In this document: positions 9,894-20,730 of the stretch, piece after piece
Numbering within the stretch: position 1 is the stretch's first letter
Layout: every line of letters starts with the position of its first letter
NCBI GenBank assembly: GCA_963786295.1
Contig: CAWAYV010000018.1
Span: 72,043-96,042 of the forward strand
Source of the DNA: an uncultured beta proteobacterium
Lineage (GTDB): Bacteria > Pseudomonadota > Gammaproteobacteria > Burkholderiales > Burkholderiaceae_F
Reading direction: 5' to 3'
DNA: 24,000 nucleotides
Notes under the pieces: generated by a model
Database searches by the model: none
What the model saw: the letters and a program-made list of their open reading frames with translations, nothing else
Told to the model about the DNA's origin: nothing
Translations under genes and position numbers: made by a program

Positions 9894-10308
9894 GATGATG
9901 ACCGCAACCCGACGCGCTGGGCGCGGCGACATTCGACGCCGCCGCCGGATCGCGGCTGGCGCCTGCCGCTTCCAGTTGCGCGAGGTACTCGCTCCACAAG
10001 CGCGCTTGATTGACGCCCAACTCGTACAGGTATTCCCACGAGTAAATGCCGCTCGAATGCCCGTCCGAAAAAAGCGGCTGCACGGCGTAGTGGCCGATCG
10101 GCTGCACTTCAGTGATCGTGACGTCGCGCTTGCCGGCCTGCAGTGTCCCTTGTCCCGGACCATGACCGCGCACTTCCGCCGAGGGTGAGTGCACGCGCAT
10201 GAACTCGAACGGCAACCTGAAGCTGCGCCCGTCGTCATACTCAACCTCGAACACGCGCGACGACGAATGCAGCGTGATGTTGATCGGAGCGGGTGCACGT
10301 ACTGCCAT
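9886..10308 (-). CDS. DUF971 / gamma-butyrobetaine hydroxylase-like N-terminal domain protein
   Basis: 140 aa from ATG 10308: [98 protein letters not shown]. Overlaps the ubiE start by 8 nt. The longer track ORF runs through the tRNA and is rejected. Confidence 0.8.
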   Translation of the reverse strand: MAVRAPAPINITLHSSSRVFEVEYDDGRSFRLPFEFMRVHSPSAEVRGHGPGQGTLQAGKRDVTITEVQPIGHYAVQPLFSDGHSSGIYSWEYLYELGVNQARLWSEYLAQLEAAGASRDPAAASNVAAPSASGCGHHHG

Positions 10309-10333
10309 TAAAACAGCCAATCGATCGTGACGT

Positions 10334-10409
10334 TGGCGCGCCCGGCGGGATTCGAACCCACGACCCCTGGCTTCGGAGGCCAGTACTCTATCCACTGAGC
10401 TACGGGCGC
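10334..10409 (-). tRNA. tRNA-Arg (anticodon CCG)
   Basis: Minus strand GCGCCCGTAGCTCAGTGGATAGAGTACTGGCCTCCGAAGCCAGGGGTCGTGGGTTCGAATCCCGCCGGGCGCGCCA. 7-bp acceptor stem GCGCCCG/CGGGCGC, D arm GCTC..GAGT, anticodon stem-loop CTGGC-CTCCGAA-GCCAG, T arm GTGGG-TTCGAAT-CCCGC, encoded CCA. 76 nt. Confidence 0.95.
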
Positions 10410-10494
10410 GGATAGGTATGCAATGTTAGCGTGGCGAACGAAGTGATGCTTCCACGTCGCCGCTATACTTTCGCGCCTCGCACTGGAGCGTCTG

Positions 10495-11353
10495 ATGCTG
10501 GAAAAGAGCAGTAAGCTGATCAAGACACCGCGCCAATTGATTACTGTCATCGTGTTGGCGTTCGTAGTGCCGGTGATCTTGATCATTCTGCTCGCAACGT
10601 ATGTGGTTCGCAGCACCCCCGGTGGCGCCGCAGGCTCCGATGCGATGAGTGAAAAGGCAATCGCCGAGCGCATGCAGCCAGTGGGCTTTGTCGCAGTGGC
10701 AGACTCCGGCGCCGCGAAGTCGTTGCAAACCGGCGAAGCGGTTTATGCGGCCGCGTGCAGCGCCTGCCATGCGACCGGCGTCGCGGGTGCGCCTACGAAC
10801 CGGCGACGTGGCTGCATGGGCGCCGCGCTTCAAGCAGGGTTTCGATTTGCTGGTTAAACACGCCGTCGAGGGGTTCAAGACGATGCCTGCGAAGGGCGGC
10901 AACCCCAATCTGGATGCGATTGAAGTGGCACGCGCGGTCGCGTTTATGGGCAATAAGTCGGGAGGAAAATTTAAGGAGCCTGCGGCACCGGCAGCAGTGC
11001 GTCGACTGCCGCTGCTGCTGCACCGTCGCCGGCCATCTCCTCGCCGCCTTCCGCTGCGCCATGCCTGCCGCTACAGCGACCGCTGCGAAGGGAGCCGTTG
11101 CGACCGCGAAGGTCGACGGCGCCAAGGTCTTTGCTTCGGGTTGCAACGTGTGTCACACCGCCGGTGTCGCCGGCGCGCCAAAGCTTGGCGACAAAGCGGC
11201 ATGGGCAGCCGCGCATGGGCCAAGGGCATCGATGCGCTAACGGCAGCCGTCATCAAGGGTAAGGGGGCGATGCCGCCGCGAGGCGCCGTCGCCAATGCCA
11301 GCGACGCCGAGTTGCGTGGTGCCGTCGAATACATGGTGGCCACGGTCAAGTAG
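10495..11353 (+). pseudogene. Membrane-anchored dihaem cytochrome c5 family protein, at least three frame changes in the sequence as given
   Basis: GGAG 6 nt before ATG 10495. TM anchor LITVIVLAFVVPVILIILLATYVV. First CxxCH (CSACH, 10756-10770) is in frame 1. Domain 1 continues in frame 2 (TGDVAAWAPRFKQGFDLLVKHAVEGFKTMPAKGGNPNLDAIEVARAVAFM). Second CxxCH (CNVCH, 11142-11156) is in frame 3. The C-terminus (KGIDALTAAVIKGKGAMPPRGAVANASDAELRGAVEYMVATVK, stop 11351-11353) is back in frame 2. 859 nt, remainder 1. Confidence 0.85.
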
Positions 11354-11356
11354 CAG

Positions 11357-13410
11357 CTATAACTCGAGCGGGTCCACTTCAATATTCCAGCGTATTGCTG
11401 CGCGTTTCTCGCGCAGCGCTGTGAGCCAGCCGCCCAGTAGTGCGTGGAGTTGAGTGCGCTGATCCGCCTCAATGAGTAGCTGCGCACGCGATACTCCAGC
11501 CAAACGCTGCAGCGACATCGGTACCGGGTCGAACAAGCGGACATGCGACGCGGCCGCAGCGAACTGTGCCAGCGCTTTGTCTCGCGCTGCTCGCAAGAAT
11601 TCGAGCGCCGCTTCCATCGTGCGCGCCTCCGCCGTCAGTAGCGCTTGATGCGTGATCGGCGGCATGCGCGCGGCTTCGCGCTCGGCAAGTTGCACTTGCG
11701 CAAACTGCGCGTAATCGTGTCGTGCGAGTGCGGCGAACAATGGATGAGCGGCGAATCTTGTTTGCACCAGCACCCGGCTCGGCAGGCCGGCGCGACCTGC
11801 GCGACCGGCGACCTGCATTAACGTCGCGAATAGCCGCTCTGGAGCGCGAAAGTCGTGCGATGCAAGCTGACCATCCGGATTGAGCACGACCACCAGCGAA
11901 ATGCGCTGAAAATCGTGTCCCTTGGCAATCATCTGCGTGCCCACAAGCACATCGACTTCGCCGGCATGCACAGCGTCCAGCGCTTTCCTCGCGGCATGAC
12001 GCTGCCGCGTGGAATCGCGATCGATGCGCGCAACTCTGGCCGCCGGCAACAATGTCCGTAGCGTTTCTTCGATGCGCTGCGTTCCCTGACCGACGCCTTT
12101 CAAGTGCTGGTTGCCGCACGTCGGACAAGCGCGCGGCACCGGCGCCGCGTATCCGCAGTGATGACAGCGCAGCGTCCGATCCGGCTTATGAAAGACCGCA
12201 AACGTAGAGCAGCGCGGACAGTTCGAGAGCCACCCGCACGCTTCGCATGTGACCACCGGCGCATAGCCGCGACGATTGAGAAACACCAGCGATTGTTCCC
12301 CGCGCTCGAAAGTGTCCGTCAAGGCCTGCGCAATCGGCGCCGACAATCCGTTTTGCGGCCTGTGTACTCGCGCGTCGGTCAGCTCGATCACCGGCGGCTC
12401 CTGCGATCCGCCCGCCAATTCGACGCGTGACGTCAATTGCAGCAACCGATACCGACCCGTACGCGCCTGGGCCCAACTTTCGAGCGACGGCGTGGCCGAT
12501 CCGAGCACGATCGGAATGTCGAGCAACTGCGCGCGCTTGACGGCAAGATCACGCGCGGAATAGCGCACGCCTTCGCCTGCCTTGTACGACGGGTCATGTT
12601 CTTCATCGACCACGATGACGGCGAGTTGCGGCATCGAGCAGAACACGGCGAGCCGGGTACCGACCACGATGCGCGCCCGTCCTTCGTGCGCGGCGAGCCA
12701 TGCGGACGCACGCTCCGCGTCCGGCCAGGTTGCTATGCAAAGCCACCACAAGTTCACTCGGGAAGCGTGCGCGCAACAGCGACTCCAGTTGCGGCGTCAA
12801 ATTGATTTCCGGCACGAGCAGCAACGCTTGTGCGGTCGCACTCGCCGCGAGCCGGCGCTCGATCGCACTTAGGTAGACCTCAGTTTTACCGCTGCCGGTC
12901 ACTCCGAATAACAAATGCGGCGCGAAACCCGACGTACTGCTCAGCGCATCGATGGCGACGACTTGCTGCGTCGTGTGTTCGACCTGCGTCATGCCGGACT
13001 CAGCCCAGCGCGCTTGCGCGCGCTCGCGCAGCCGCGCGATCGACTGCGAATAGCGCGGCCCGGGCACAGTACGCAACGCACGGGGTAGAGCAGGAAGTGC
13101 GACCTCGCCCCACGCGTGCTGGTAATACTCGGCAACAAAGCGAGTCAGTTGCAACCAATGGACAGACAGAGGCGCGATCTCGTCCAGCACGCGCGTGATC
13201 GGCTTGATCTTGTGCGGTTCGATCGCCGGTGTGTGTCTCAGCTCCGACGACGATGCCGATCCTCGCGCTTCTACCGAGCGGCACAACGCACCGGACCCCG
13301 ATGCGAACATTGGCCGCGAGAGCCTGATCAAGCGCGTAGTCGAGCGGTTCAACGCCGGGCAGATCGACGATGACTTGCGCGTAACGCAGCTCGTTTTTCG
13401 CAGCGCTCAT
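11357..13410 (-). pseudogene. priA: Primosomal protein N' (replication restart helicase PriA), two frameshifts in the sequence as given
   Basis: The gene is split across three minus-strand frames. (1) 13410..~13250: MSAAKNELRYAQVIVDLPGVEPLDYALDQALAANVRIGVRCVVPLGRSARIGIVVG. (2) ~13250..~12735: ELRHTPAIEPHKIKPITRVLD...LLFGVTGSGKTEVY (Walker A)...LLLVPEINLTPQLESLLRARFPSELVVALHSNL. (3) ~12735..11357: DAERASAWLAAHEGRARIVVGTRLAVF...VVDEEHD...CEACGWLSNCPRCS..CHHCGY..CPTCG zinc-binding region...to stop. 2054 nt, remainder 2. Confidence 0.9.
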
Positions 13411-13477
13411 CAGGCGAAGCGTGAGGAAGGAGGGTTAAGTATCTGATTTAACTGCAGCGACAGTCGGGGGAGCCGCC

Positions 13478-13498
13478 TGTGGACAAATTTGTGGAGAA
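13478..13498 (-). promoter_or_regulatory. Two DnaA-box-like 9-mers in direct orientation, 12 bp start-to-start
   Basis: Plus strand TGTGGACAA (13478-13486) and TGTGGAGAA (13490-13498), which read TTGTCCACA and TTCTCCACA on the minus strand. Each is one mismatch from TTATCCACA, and TTGTCCACA is the high-GC actinobacterial consensus box. They lie in the hemE-priA spacer about 70-90 nt upstream of the priA ATG. Confidence 0.45.
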
Positions 13499-13665
13499 CT
13501 TATGGGCCTGGCAGGTAGGAGGCCGGGGCCAGCGTCAGTGTCCCACTGCGTGTCATGCGGCTGTAACAAGACTTCCTAGCAAGATCATGGAGTTACGTCA
13601 CCTTTATCAGCGTTTTCGCGCTAAACCGCTTGGACAGCCGCGCCAATTCTGGCGGGGCCGCGTTT

Positions 13666-13674
13666 TGTGTATAA
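13666..13674 (-). promoter_or_regulatory. Third DnaA-box-like 9-mer (TTATACACA, same orientation)
   Basis: Plus strand TGTGTATAA reads TTATACACA on the minus strand. This fits the TTWTNCACA consensus exactly and is identical to the E. coli oriC R2 box sequence. Confidence 0.4.
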
Positions 13675-13729
13675 GTCAAGCGCTGCAACACCTTTGTCGC
13701 GTTCTTGCTCACCGTATCGGAGTGACTGC

Positions 13730-14812
13730 TCACCTACGCAAGTCGCGGCTTCGGCCATGGACCGCTTTCACGAGAATCTCCACGCTTTCCGGCGGAGTGA
13801 ACTGCGAGATGCCGTGGCCGAGGTTAAAGACATGGCCGTGCCAATGCCCTTCCGGCGAACGCGGGGCACCGAACGAATTCAGGACGGTCGTTGCCGCGGC
13901 TTCAATTTCTTTTGGGCCTGCGAATAGCACCATCGGGTCCAGATTGCCTTGCAATGCGCAGCGATCACCGATCCGCGCGCGTGCCTCGCCGAGGTTCACC
14001 GTCCAGTCGAGACCCACCGCGTCACACCCGGAGTCGGCGATCTCTTCAAGCCACAGTCCACCACCCTTGGTAAAAACGATCGACGGCACGCGGTCGCCAC
14101 CGTGATCGCGTTTCAGTTGCGCAATCACCTTGCGCATGTAAGCCAGCGAGAAGGTTTGATAGGCGCCGTCGGCCAACGCACCGCCCCAGGTGTCGAACAA
14201 CATCACTGCTTGCGCGCCGGCTTCTATCTGCGCATTCAAGTAGGCGGCGACCGCGAGCGCGTTGACTTCAAGTAGGCGGTGCAACAAGTCTGGGCGCGAA
14301 TACAGCATCGTCTTGATCAAGCGGAAGTCGTCAGATCCTCCGCCTTCGATCATGTAGCACGCCAACGTGAACGGACTGCCCGAGAACCCGATCAGCGGAA
14401 TTCGATTGCCGAGTGCCGTGCGAACCTGGCGCACCGTATCGGTCACGTAGCGTAGTTCGACGTTCGGGTCAGGGCAGCCGAGTCGATCGACGTCGGCGTC
14501 AGTGCGGATCGGCCGCTCGAACTTCGGCCCTTCACCCTCTACGAAATAAAGCCCGAGCCCCATCGCGTCGGGCACGGTGAGGATGTCCGAGAACAAGATC
14601 GCAGCGTCCAGAGCAAACCGGTCGACCGGCTGCAGCGTCACTTCGGTCGCGTACGCGGGAGACTTCGCGAGTCCGAGAAAGCTGCCGGCACGCTTGCGCG
14701 TTGCGTTGTATTCCGCCATGTAGCGTCCCGCCTGGCGCATCAGCCAGATGGGCGTGTATTCGGTCGGCTCGCGCAGCAACGCGCGCAGCAGCGTGTCGTT
14801 TTTCGGTCTCAC
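13730..14812 (-). CDS. hemE: Uroporphyrinogen decarboxylase HemE
   Basis: 360 aa with GTG start 14812: (M)[62 protein letters not shown].... The N-terminal PIWxMRQAGRY signature and full-length collinearity with HemE are clear. Confidence 0.94.
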   Translation of the reverse strand: MRPKNDTLLRALLREPTEYTPIWLMRQAGRYMAEYNATRKRAGSFLGLAKSPAYATEVTLQPVDRFALDAAILFSDILTVPDAMGLGLYFVEGEGPKFERPIRTDADVDRLGCPDPNVELRYVTDTVRQVRTALGNRIPLIGFSGSPFTLACYMIEGGGSDDFRLIKTMLYSRPDLLHRLLEVNALAVAAYLNAQIEAGAQAVMLFDTWGGALADGAYQTFSLAYMRKVIAQLKRDHGGDRVPSIVFTKGGGLWLEEIADSGCDAVGLDWTVNLGEARARIGDRCALQGNLDPMVLFAGPKEIEAAATTVLNSFGAPRSPEGHWHGHVFNLGHGISQFTPPESVEILVKAVHGRSRDLRR

Positions 14813-14833
14813 AACTTATTGGAACACACGGGC

Positions 14834-14861
14834 AAAAAAAGAGCAGGCGCGTGGCCTGCTC
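14834..14861 (-). terminator. Rho-independent terminator downstream of the small repeat-protein gene
   Basis: Minus strand GAGCAGGC-CACGC-GCCTGCTC (8-bp stem, arms at 14841-14848 and 14854-14861) followed by TTTTTTT (14840..14834). It lies 27 nt after stop 14888 and only 22 nt upstream of the hemE GTG. Confidence 0.85.
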
Positions 14862-14887
14862 CGATGCGGACAAGTCCGAATGTCGTA

Positions 14888-15332
14888 TTACTTCTTGACT
14901 TCCGACTTCGTGTCCGTCGGCTTCGCGTCCTTGGCAGCAGGTGCCGCGGTAGCCGTCGGTGCCGCTGCGGCCGGCTTCTTTTCATCCTTGGCCACGGGCT
15001 TCGTGTCTTTCACGGGCTTCGCTTCTTTCGTGGTCGTGGCCGTCGCCTTGGTGTCTTTCGAGGCCGTGGCTTTGGTGTCTTTCGAGGCCTGTGGCTCTTG
15101 GTGTCTTTCGAGGCCTTGGTGTCTGCCGTGGGCTTCGCGTCCTTGGCAGCAGGTGTCGCAGTAGCCGCCGGTGCTGACTTGGCCGCGGGTGCCGCGGAGC
15201 GGCCGCTGGGGCAGCGGCTGGTGCGGTCGGCGCCGCTTTGGCGTCAGCCTTCTTCTCGTCTTTCTTCACGTCCTGCGCGAACGCGACGGTCGCGAACACG
15301 GAGGCGATCACAGCAACAAGCATCTTTTTCAT
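14888..15332 (-). pseudogene. Small secreted Lys/Ala/Thr/Pro-rich repeat protein (~147 aa if repaired), three 1-nt indels in the sequence as given
   Basis: AGGA 5 nt before ATG 15332. Signal peptide MKKMLVAVIASVFATVAFA|QDVKKDEKKADAKAAPTAPAAAPAAAP. The sensible continuation switches frame twice: APAAKSAPAATATPAAKDAKPTADTKASKDTK, then (A)TASKDTKATASKDTKATATTTKEAKPVKDTKPVAKDEKKPAAAAPTATAAPAAKDAKPTDTKSEVKK-TAA (14890..14888). 445 nt, remainder 1, which equals one deletion (~15188-15200) plus two insertions (~15090 and ~15097). Confidence 0.62.
15026..15123 (-). repeat. Tandem coding repeats (unit about 24 nt, GACACCAARGCCACGGCCTCGAAA = DTKATASK) inside the repeat-protein gene
   Basis: Copies at 15106-15123 (18 nt), 15080-15105 (26 nt, two extra bases versus its neighbour), 15056-15079 (24 nt) and 15026-15055 (30 nt). 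There is also a 43-nt direct repeat, 14920-14962 versus 15132-15174 (40/43 identical). Confidence 0.8.
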
Positions 15333-15537
15333 ATGGGTCCTGGTTGGTTAAGAATAATTGGCGTGGTCGAATCGACTGCCCCGAGTCGCTGGCCCGCCCC
15401 CTCGGCAGATCCGTTGACTCTGTAGCGGGTAACGCCCTGCGGGGGCGGCGGTTGACACATTCCCGTCATGACACGGCCAATTTGGCCAGCGGCGCAACGC
15501 AAACTCGGCGTTGCTGCGGAGCCGCATGATGTTTTTG

Positions 15538-16084
15538 CTACTCCTGCGGCAGCGCCAACGTCCTAAGCTGGAATCGACCGTCCTTGCGGAATAACCAGGT
15601 CTCCGAAAAGACCAGCGGCCCGCGGGCAACGAGTTTCGCTGGCGGCGCCGGTAAGGGTGACGCCGCCTTTAAGGAGCCCAATGCGAGAGTGTCGAGCGAA
15701 GCGATTCCGGGAGAACGCAGGATCTTGGAGCGCGTGACTTTGCCTTCGCGATCGACGGTCACCTCAACCACGATCACCGCGCGCAGCAGATGCTCGGGCC
15801 GTCCTTCGAATAGGTGAGTGCGATTGACCGCATACACCCTTTCGGCCGCCACGCGCTTCCAGTCATCGAGCGCCGGGATCGCGCGCCGCCAGTCGCAAGC
15901 CCGATGGCGAGGGGATGAATGCGGAAGGTGCAGCGTCAACGGTTTGGATGGGAGGCGTGACGATCGGCGCCGGCGACGGGCCGCTTACCTTAGGAGGAGC
16001 CGGTGCGGGCGAGCCGCACGCAGCGAGGGCCAGCGTCATTATCAGCACGCAACGCGATAAGCGGGATTCAAACGCTCGTGTCAT
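15538..16084 (-). pseudogene. TonB C-terminal-domain lipoprotein, one frameshift in the sequence as given
   Basis: ATG 16084: MTRAFESRLSRCVLIMTLALAA|CGSPAPAPPKVSGPSPAPIVTPPIQTVDAAPSAF (lipobox plus Pro-rich linker). The frame changes within 15863-15939 to ...WKRVAAERVYAVNRTHLFEGRPEHLLRAVIVVEVTVDREGKVTRSKILRSPGIASLDTLALGSLKAASPLPAPP... (TonB_C-like fold signature), stop 15538. 547 nt, remainder 1. Confidence 0.68.
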
Positions 16085-16350
16085 GGAACCCTCGCATCAA
16101 GTCCAAGCAACCATGTGCGGCCGGGGGCTGACTCGAAATAGCGCGCCCGTTCGCTTCATTGACGATCACCGACCCGATGTATCGCGCATTCAGAACGTCG
16201 TCGATCCTTAGAAAAGCGCGCAATTTCGCCGGCCCAGCCACGAACGTGCGGGCTACAGCCAGGTTGACGGTTGCATAGCCGGGCGCATCGTCGGTATTGC
16301 GGCCGTCCCACTGATCCGCGCAGCACTTCGCGATTGAGCACGGTAGCGCC
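16081..16350 (-). pseudogene. C-terminal remnant (~90 codons) of a TonB-dependent outer-membrane receptor
   Basis: Own translation of the minus strand: ...WDGRNTDDAPGYATVNLAVARTFVAGPAKLRAFLRIDDVLNARYIGSVIVNEANGR, then (after a further frame slip near 16120-16135) YFESAPGRTWLLGLDARVP-TGA. This is the typical last beta-strands of a TBDR (PGY.TV.L, NL.N..Y, GR.FE.APGR.W..G). Nothing receptor-like lies upstream, because the atpC terminator abuts at 16355. Stop TGA 16083..16081 overlaps ATG 16084 (ATGA). Confidence 0.62.
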
Positions 16351-16354
16351 CAGC

Positions 16355-16379
16355 AAAAAGGGCAGCCACCCGGCTGCCC
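16355..16379 (-). terminator. Rho-independent terminator of the atp operon
   Basis: Minus strand GGGCAGCC-GGGT-GGCTGCCC (8-bp stem) followed by TTTTT (16359..16355), 24 nt after the atpC stop. Confidence 0.88.
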
Positions 16380-16402
16380 CTCGTCGTGCAGGGTCCTTCC
16401 CG

Positions 16403-16819
16403 CTACTTGCCGCGCAACTTGCGTATCGCAGCCAATTGCGCCGCGAGTGCCGACATCTCAGCTTCGACTTTCGCAATTTCGAGCTCGCTGCCGGCGTTCC
16501 TGCGCGCTTCCTCAGCCTTCGCAAGAGCGTCGCGCGCCTTCGCTTCGTCAAGATCGTGGCCGCGAATCGCGGTGTCGGCCAGCACGGTGACGACGTTCGG
16601 TTGCACCTCCAGGATGCCGCCGGCGACGAACACGTGCTCTTCCTCGGCGTTGCCCGGCAGCTTGATGCGGACCACACCGGGACGAATGCGGGTGATCAAT
16701 GGCGTATGGCGCGGATAGATGCCGAGCTCTCCTGCTTCGCCCGGCAAGACGACGAATTCCGCGTCCCCGGCGAAGATGCCTTCCTCAGCGCTTACAACGT
16801 CGACGTGGATCGTCGCCAT
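16403..16819 (-). CDS. atpC: F0F1 ATP synthase subunit epsilon
   Basis: 138 aa: [52 protein letters not shown].... Starts immediately after the atpD stop (TAAATG). Confidence 0.95.
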   Translation of the reverse strand: MATIHVDVVSAEEGIFAGDAEFVVLPGEAGELGIYPRHTPLITRIRPGVVRIKLPGNAEEEHVFVAGGILEVQPNVVTVLADTAIRGHDLDEAKARDALAKAEEARRNAGSELEIAKVEAEMSALAAQLAAIRKLRGK

Positions 16820-19163
<2,344 letters not shown>

Positions 19164-19166
19164 GGA

Positions 19167-20705
19167 TTACGTGGCCTTCTTGAACTCTGCAATAGCCTTC
19201 GTGAGCTCGGCCTCGTCGTCCTTCGACAGATCCTTGCTCGACTCGATACGATCGACCAGCGCAGCGTGTTTCGTCTTGACGAAATCGCGCAGCGCCTTTT
19301 CGGCGGCCAGGCAGTCCTTGATTTCGATGTCGTCAAACGCTCCGCTGTTGACGGCAAACAAAGTGACGGCCATTTCCCACACTTGCTGCGGTTGATACTG
19401 AGGCTGCTTCATCAGCTCGGTCACTCTTCGCCCGCGGTCGAGTTGCCTGCGAGTCGCGTCGTCGAGGTCGGATGCGAATTGCGCAAACGCCGCGAGCTCG
19501 CGATATTGCGCCAGCGCCAAGCGAATACCGCCACCCAGCTTCTTGATGACCTTGGTCTGCGCATTGCCACCAACGCGCGACACCGAAATGCCGGCATTGA
19601 TTGCGGGCCGGATGCCGGCATTGAACAGATCGGTTTCCAGAAAGATCTGGCCGTCGGTAATCGAGATCACATTGGTAGGCACGAATGCCGTCACGTCGCC
19701 CGCCTGCGTTTCGATAATCGGCAGCGCGGTCAGCGAACCGGTTTTGCCCTTGACCTTACCGCCGGTGAACTTCTCGACGTATTCGGCGTTAACGCGCGCC
19801 GCGCGCTCGAGCAGGCGCGAGTGCAGATAGAACACATCGCCCGGATACGCCTCGCGCCCTGGTGGCCGCCGCAGCAGCAATGACACCTGCCGGTACGCCC
19901 ACGCCTGCTTGGTCAGATCGTCATAGATGACCAGCGCATCCTGGCCGCGGTCGCGGAAATATTCGCCCATCGTGCAGCCCGAATACGGAGCGATGTATTG
20001 CATCGCTGCTGATTCCGACGCCGACGCCGCGACGATGATCGTGTAATCCATCGCGCCGTATTGCTCGAGCTTGCGCAACACGGTGGCAATCGTCGACGCT
20101 TTCTGCCCGATCGCGACGTACACGCAGATCAGATCCTTGCCCTTCTGATTGATGATCGTGTCGACGGCGACTGCCGTCTTGCCCGTCTGCCGGTCGCCGA
20201 TGATCAGCTCGCGCTGACCGCGGCCGATCGGCACCATCGAATCAATCGCCTTCAACCCGGTTTGCACCGGCTGCGACACCGACTGGCGCGCGATCACACC
20301 GGGTGCAACCTTTTCGATGACATCGGTCATCTTCGCGTTGATCGGACCCTTGCCGTCGATCGGCAGGCCCAGTGAATTGACGACTCGGCCGATCAGTTCG
20401 GGGCCGATCGGCACCTCGAGAATGCGGCCGGTCGCCTTGACCGGATCGCCTTCTCGAATGTGTTCGTAGTTACCCAGCACGACTGCGCCCACCGAGTCGC
20501 GCTCGAGATTCAGCGCCAGCCCGAACGTGTCGCCGGGAAACTCGAGCATCTCGCCCTGGCTCACATCGGCCAGGCCGTGAATACGGCAGATGCCGTCGGT
20601 CACCGTTACCACAGTGCCCTGCGTGCGGAAGTCCGCGGTCAGAGTGAGCTTCTGGATTTGATTGCGGATCAGCTCGCTGATCTCGGAAGGTTTTAGCTGT
20701 TGCAT
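19167..20705 (-). CDS. atpA: F0F1 ATP synthase subunit alpha
   Basis: 512 aa from ATG 20705 (AGGGA 5 nt upstream; the 539-aa track ORF is a 5' extension): [20 protein letters not shown]..., Walker A GDRQTGKT. Confidence 0.97.
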   Translation of the reverse strand: MQQLKPSEISELIRNQIQKLTLTADFRTQGTVVTVTDGICRIHGLADVSQGEMLEFPGDTFGLALNLERDSVGAVVLGNYEHIREGDPVKATGRILEVPIGPELIGRVVNSLGLPIDGKGPINAKMTDVIEKVAPGVIARQSVSQPVQTGLKAIDSMVPIGRGQRELIIGDRQTGKTAVAVDTIINQKGKDLICVYVAIGQKASTIATVLRKLEQYGAMDYTIIVAASASESAAMQYIAPYSGCTMGEYFRDRGQDALVIYDDLTKQAWAYRQVSLLLRRPPGREAYPGDVFYLHSRLLERAARVNAEYVEKFTGGKVKGKTGSLTALPIIETQAGDVTAFVPTNVISITDGQIFLETDLFNAGIRPAINAGISVSRVGGNAQTKVIKKLGGGIRLALAQYRELAAFAQFASDLDDATRRQLDRGRRVTELMKQPQYQPQQVWEMAVTLFAVNSGAFDDIEIKDCLAAEKALRDFVKTKHAALVDRIESSKDLSKDDEAELTKAIAEFKKAT

Positions 20706-20730
20706 CGAAGTCCCTACTGAAATGTGTGAT

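Noticed and set aside
10309-10333. tRNA-Arg only 25 nt upstream of the DUF971-ubiE-ubiB gene string on the same strand (possible co-transcription; weak GCCAA-N12-TTGGC stem plus TTTT)
   Set aside because: A tRNA adjacent to an operon is common. The stem is only 5 bp, and nothing can be tested from sequence alone.
9153-10395. 5'-extended versions of real genes in the ORF track (ubiE 381 aa to 10298; DUF971 ORF to 10395; also atpA to 20786, symporter to 2833, lipoprotein to 5864, ubiJ from TTG 8092)
   Set aside because: The extensions are non-conserved, overlap upstream genes or the tRNA, and internal ATG starts with SD-like sequences reproduce the canonical N-termini.
13425-13434. Strong Shine-Dalgarno-like GGAAGGAGGG on the plus strand just outside priA
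   Set aside because: No ATG/GTG/TTG lies within 5-12 nt downstream and no ORF follows. It is probably fortuitous, as its complement forms the pyrimidine-rich priA leader.
13637-13670. Plus-strand hairpin GCCGCGCC-AATTCT-GGCGGGGC followed by CGCGTTTTGTGT, which could terminate an unannotated plus-strand sRNA in the spacer
   Set aside because: The stem has an internal G-G mismatch, the T-run is short and starts 4 nt after the stem, and I could not find a convincing plus-strand promoter upstream. The evidence is too weak to call an RNA gene.
13411-13729. The hemE-priA spacer as the chromosomal origin (oriC)
   Set aside because: Genes on both sides run in the same (minus) direction, so there is no orientation switch. 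There is no clear array of AT-rich 13-mers (DUE), and only three boxes are present. It is kept as a DnaA-box cluster finding but not called oriC.
14900-15200. Short direct repeats (ggtgtctttcgaggcc and others) that superficially resemble a repeat array
   Set aside because: They are in-frame coding repeats of a low-complexity protein (DTKATASK units) with no unique spacers. This is not a CRISPR array.
15475-15487. 13-nt palindrome GGCCAATTTGGCC between the TonB_C gene and the repeat-protein gene; nearby 7-bp hairpin GCAACGC-N7-GCGTTGC
   Set aside because: Each occurs once, with no adjacent promoter elements I can support and no U-run. The observation is noted, but there is no basis for a functional call.
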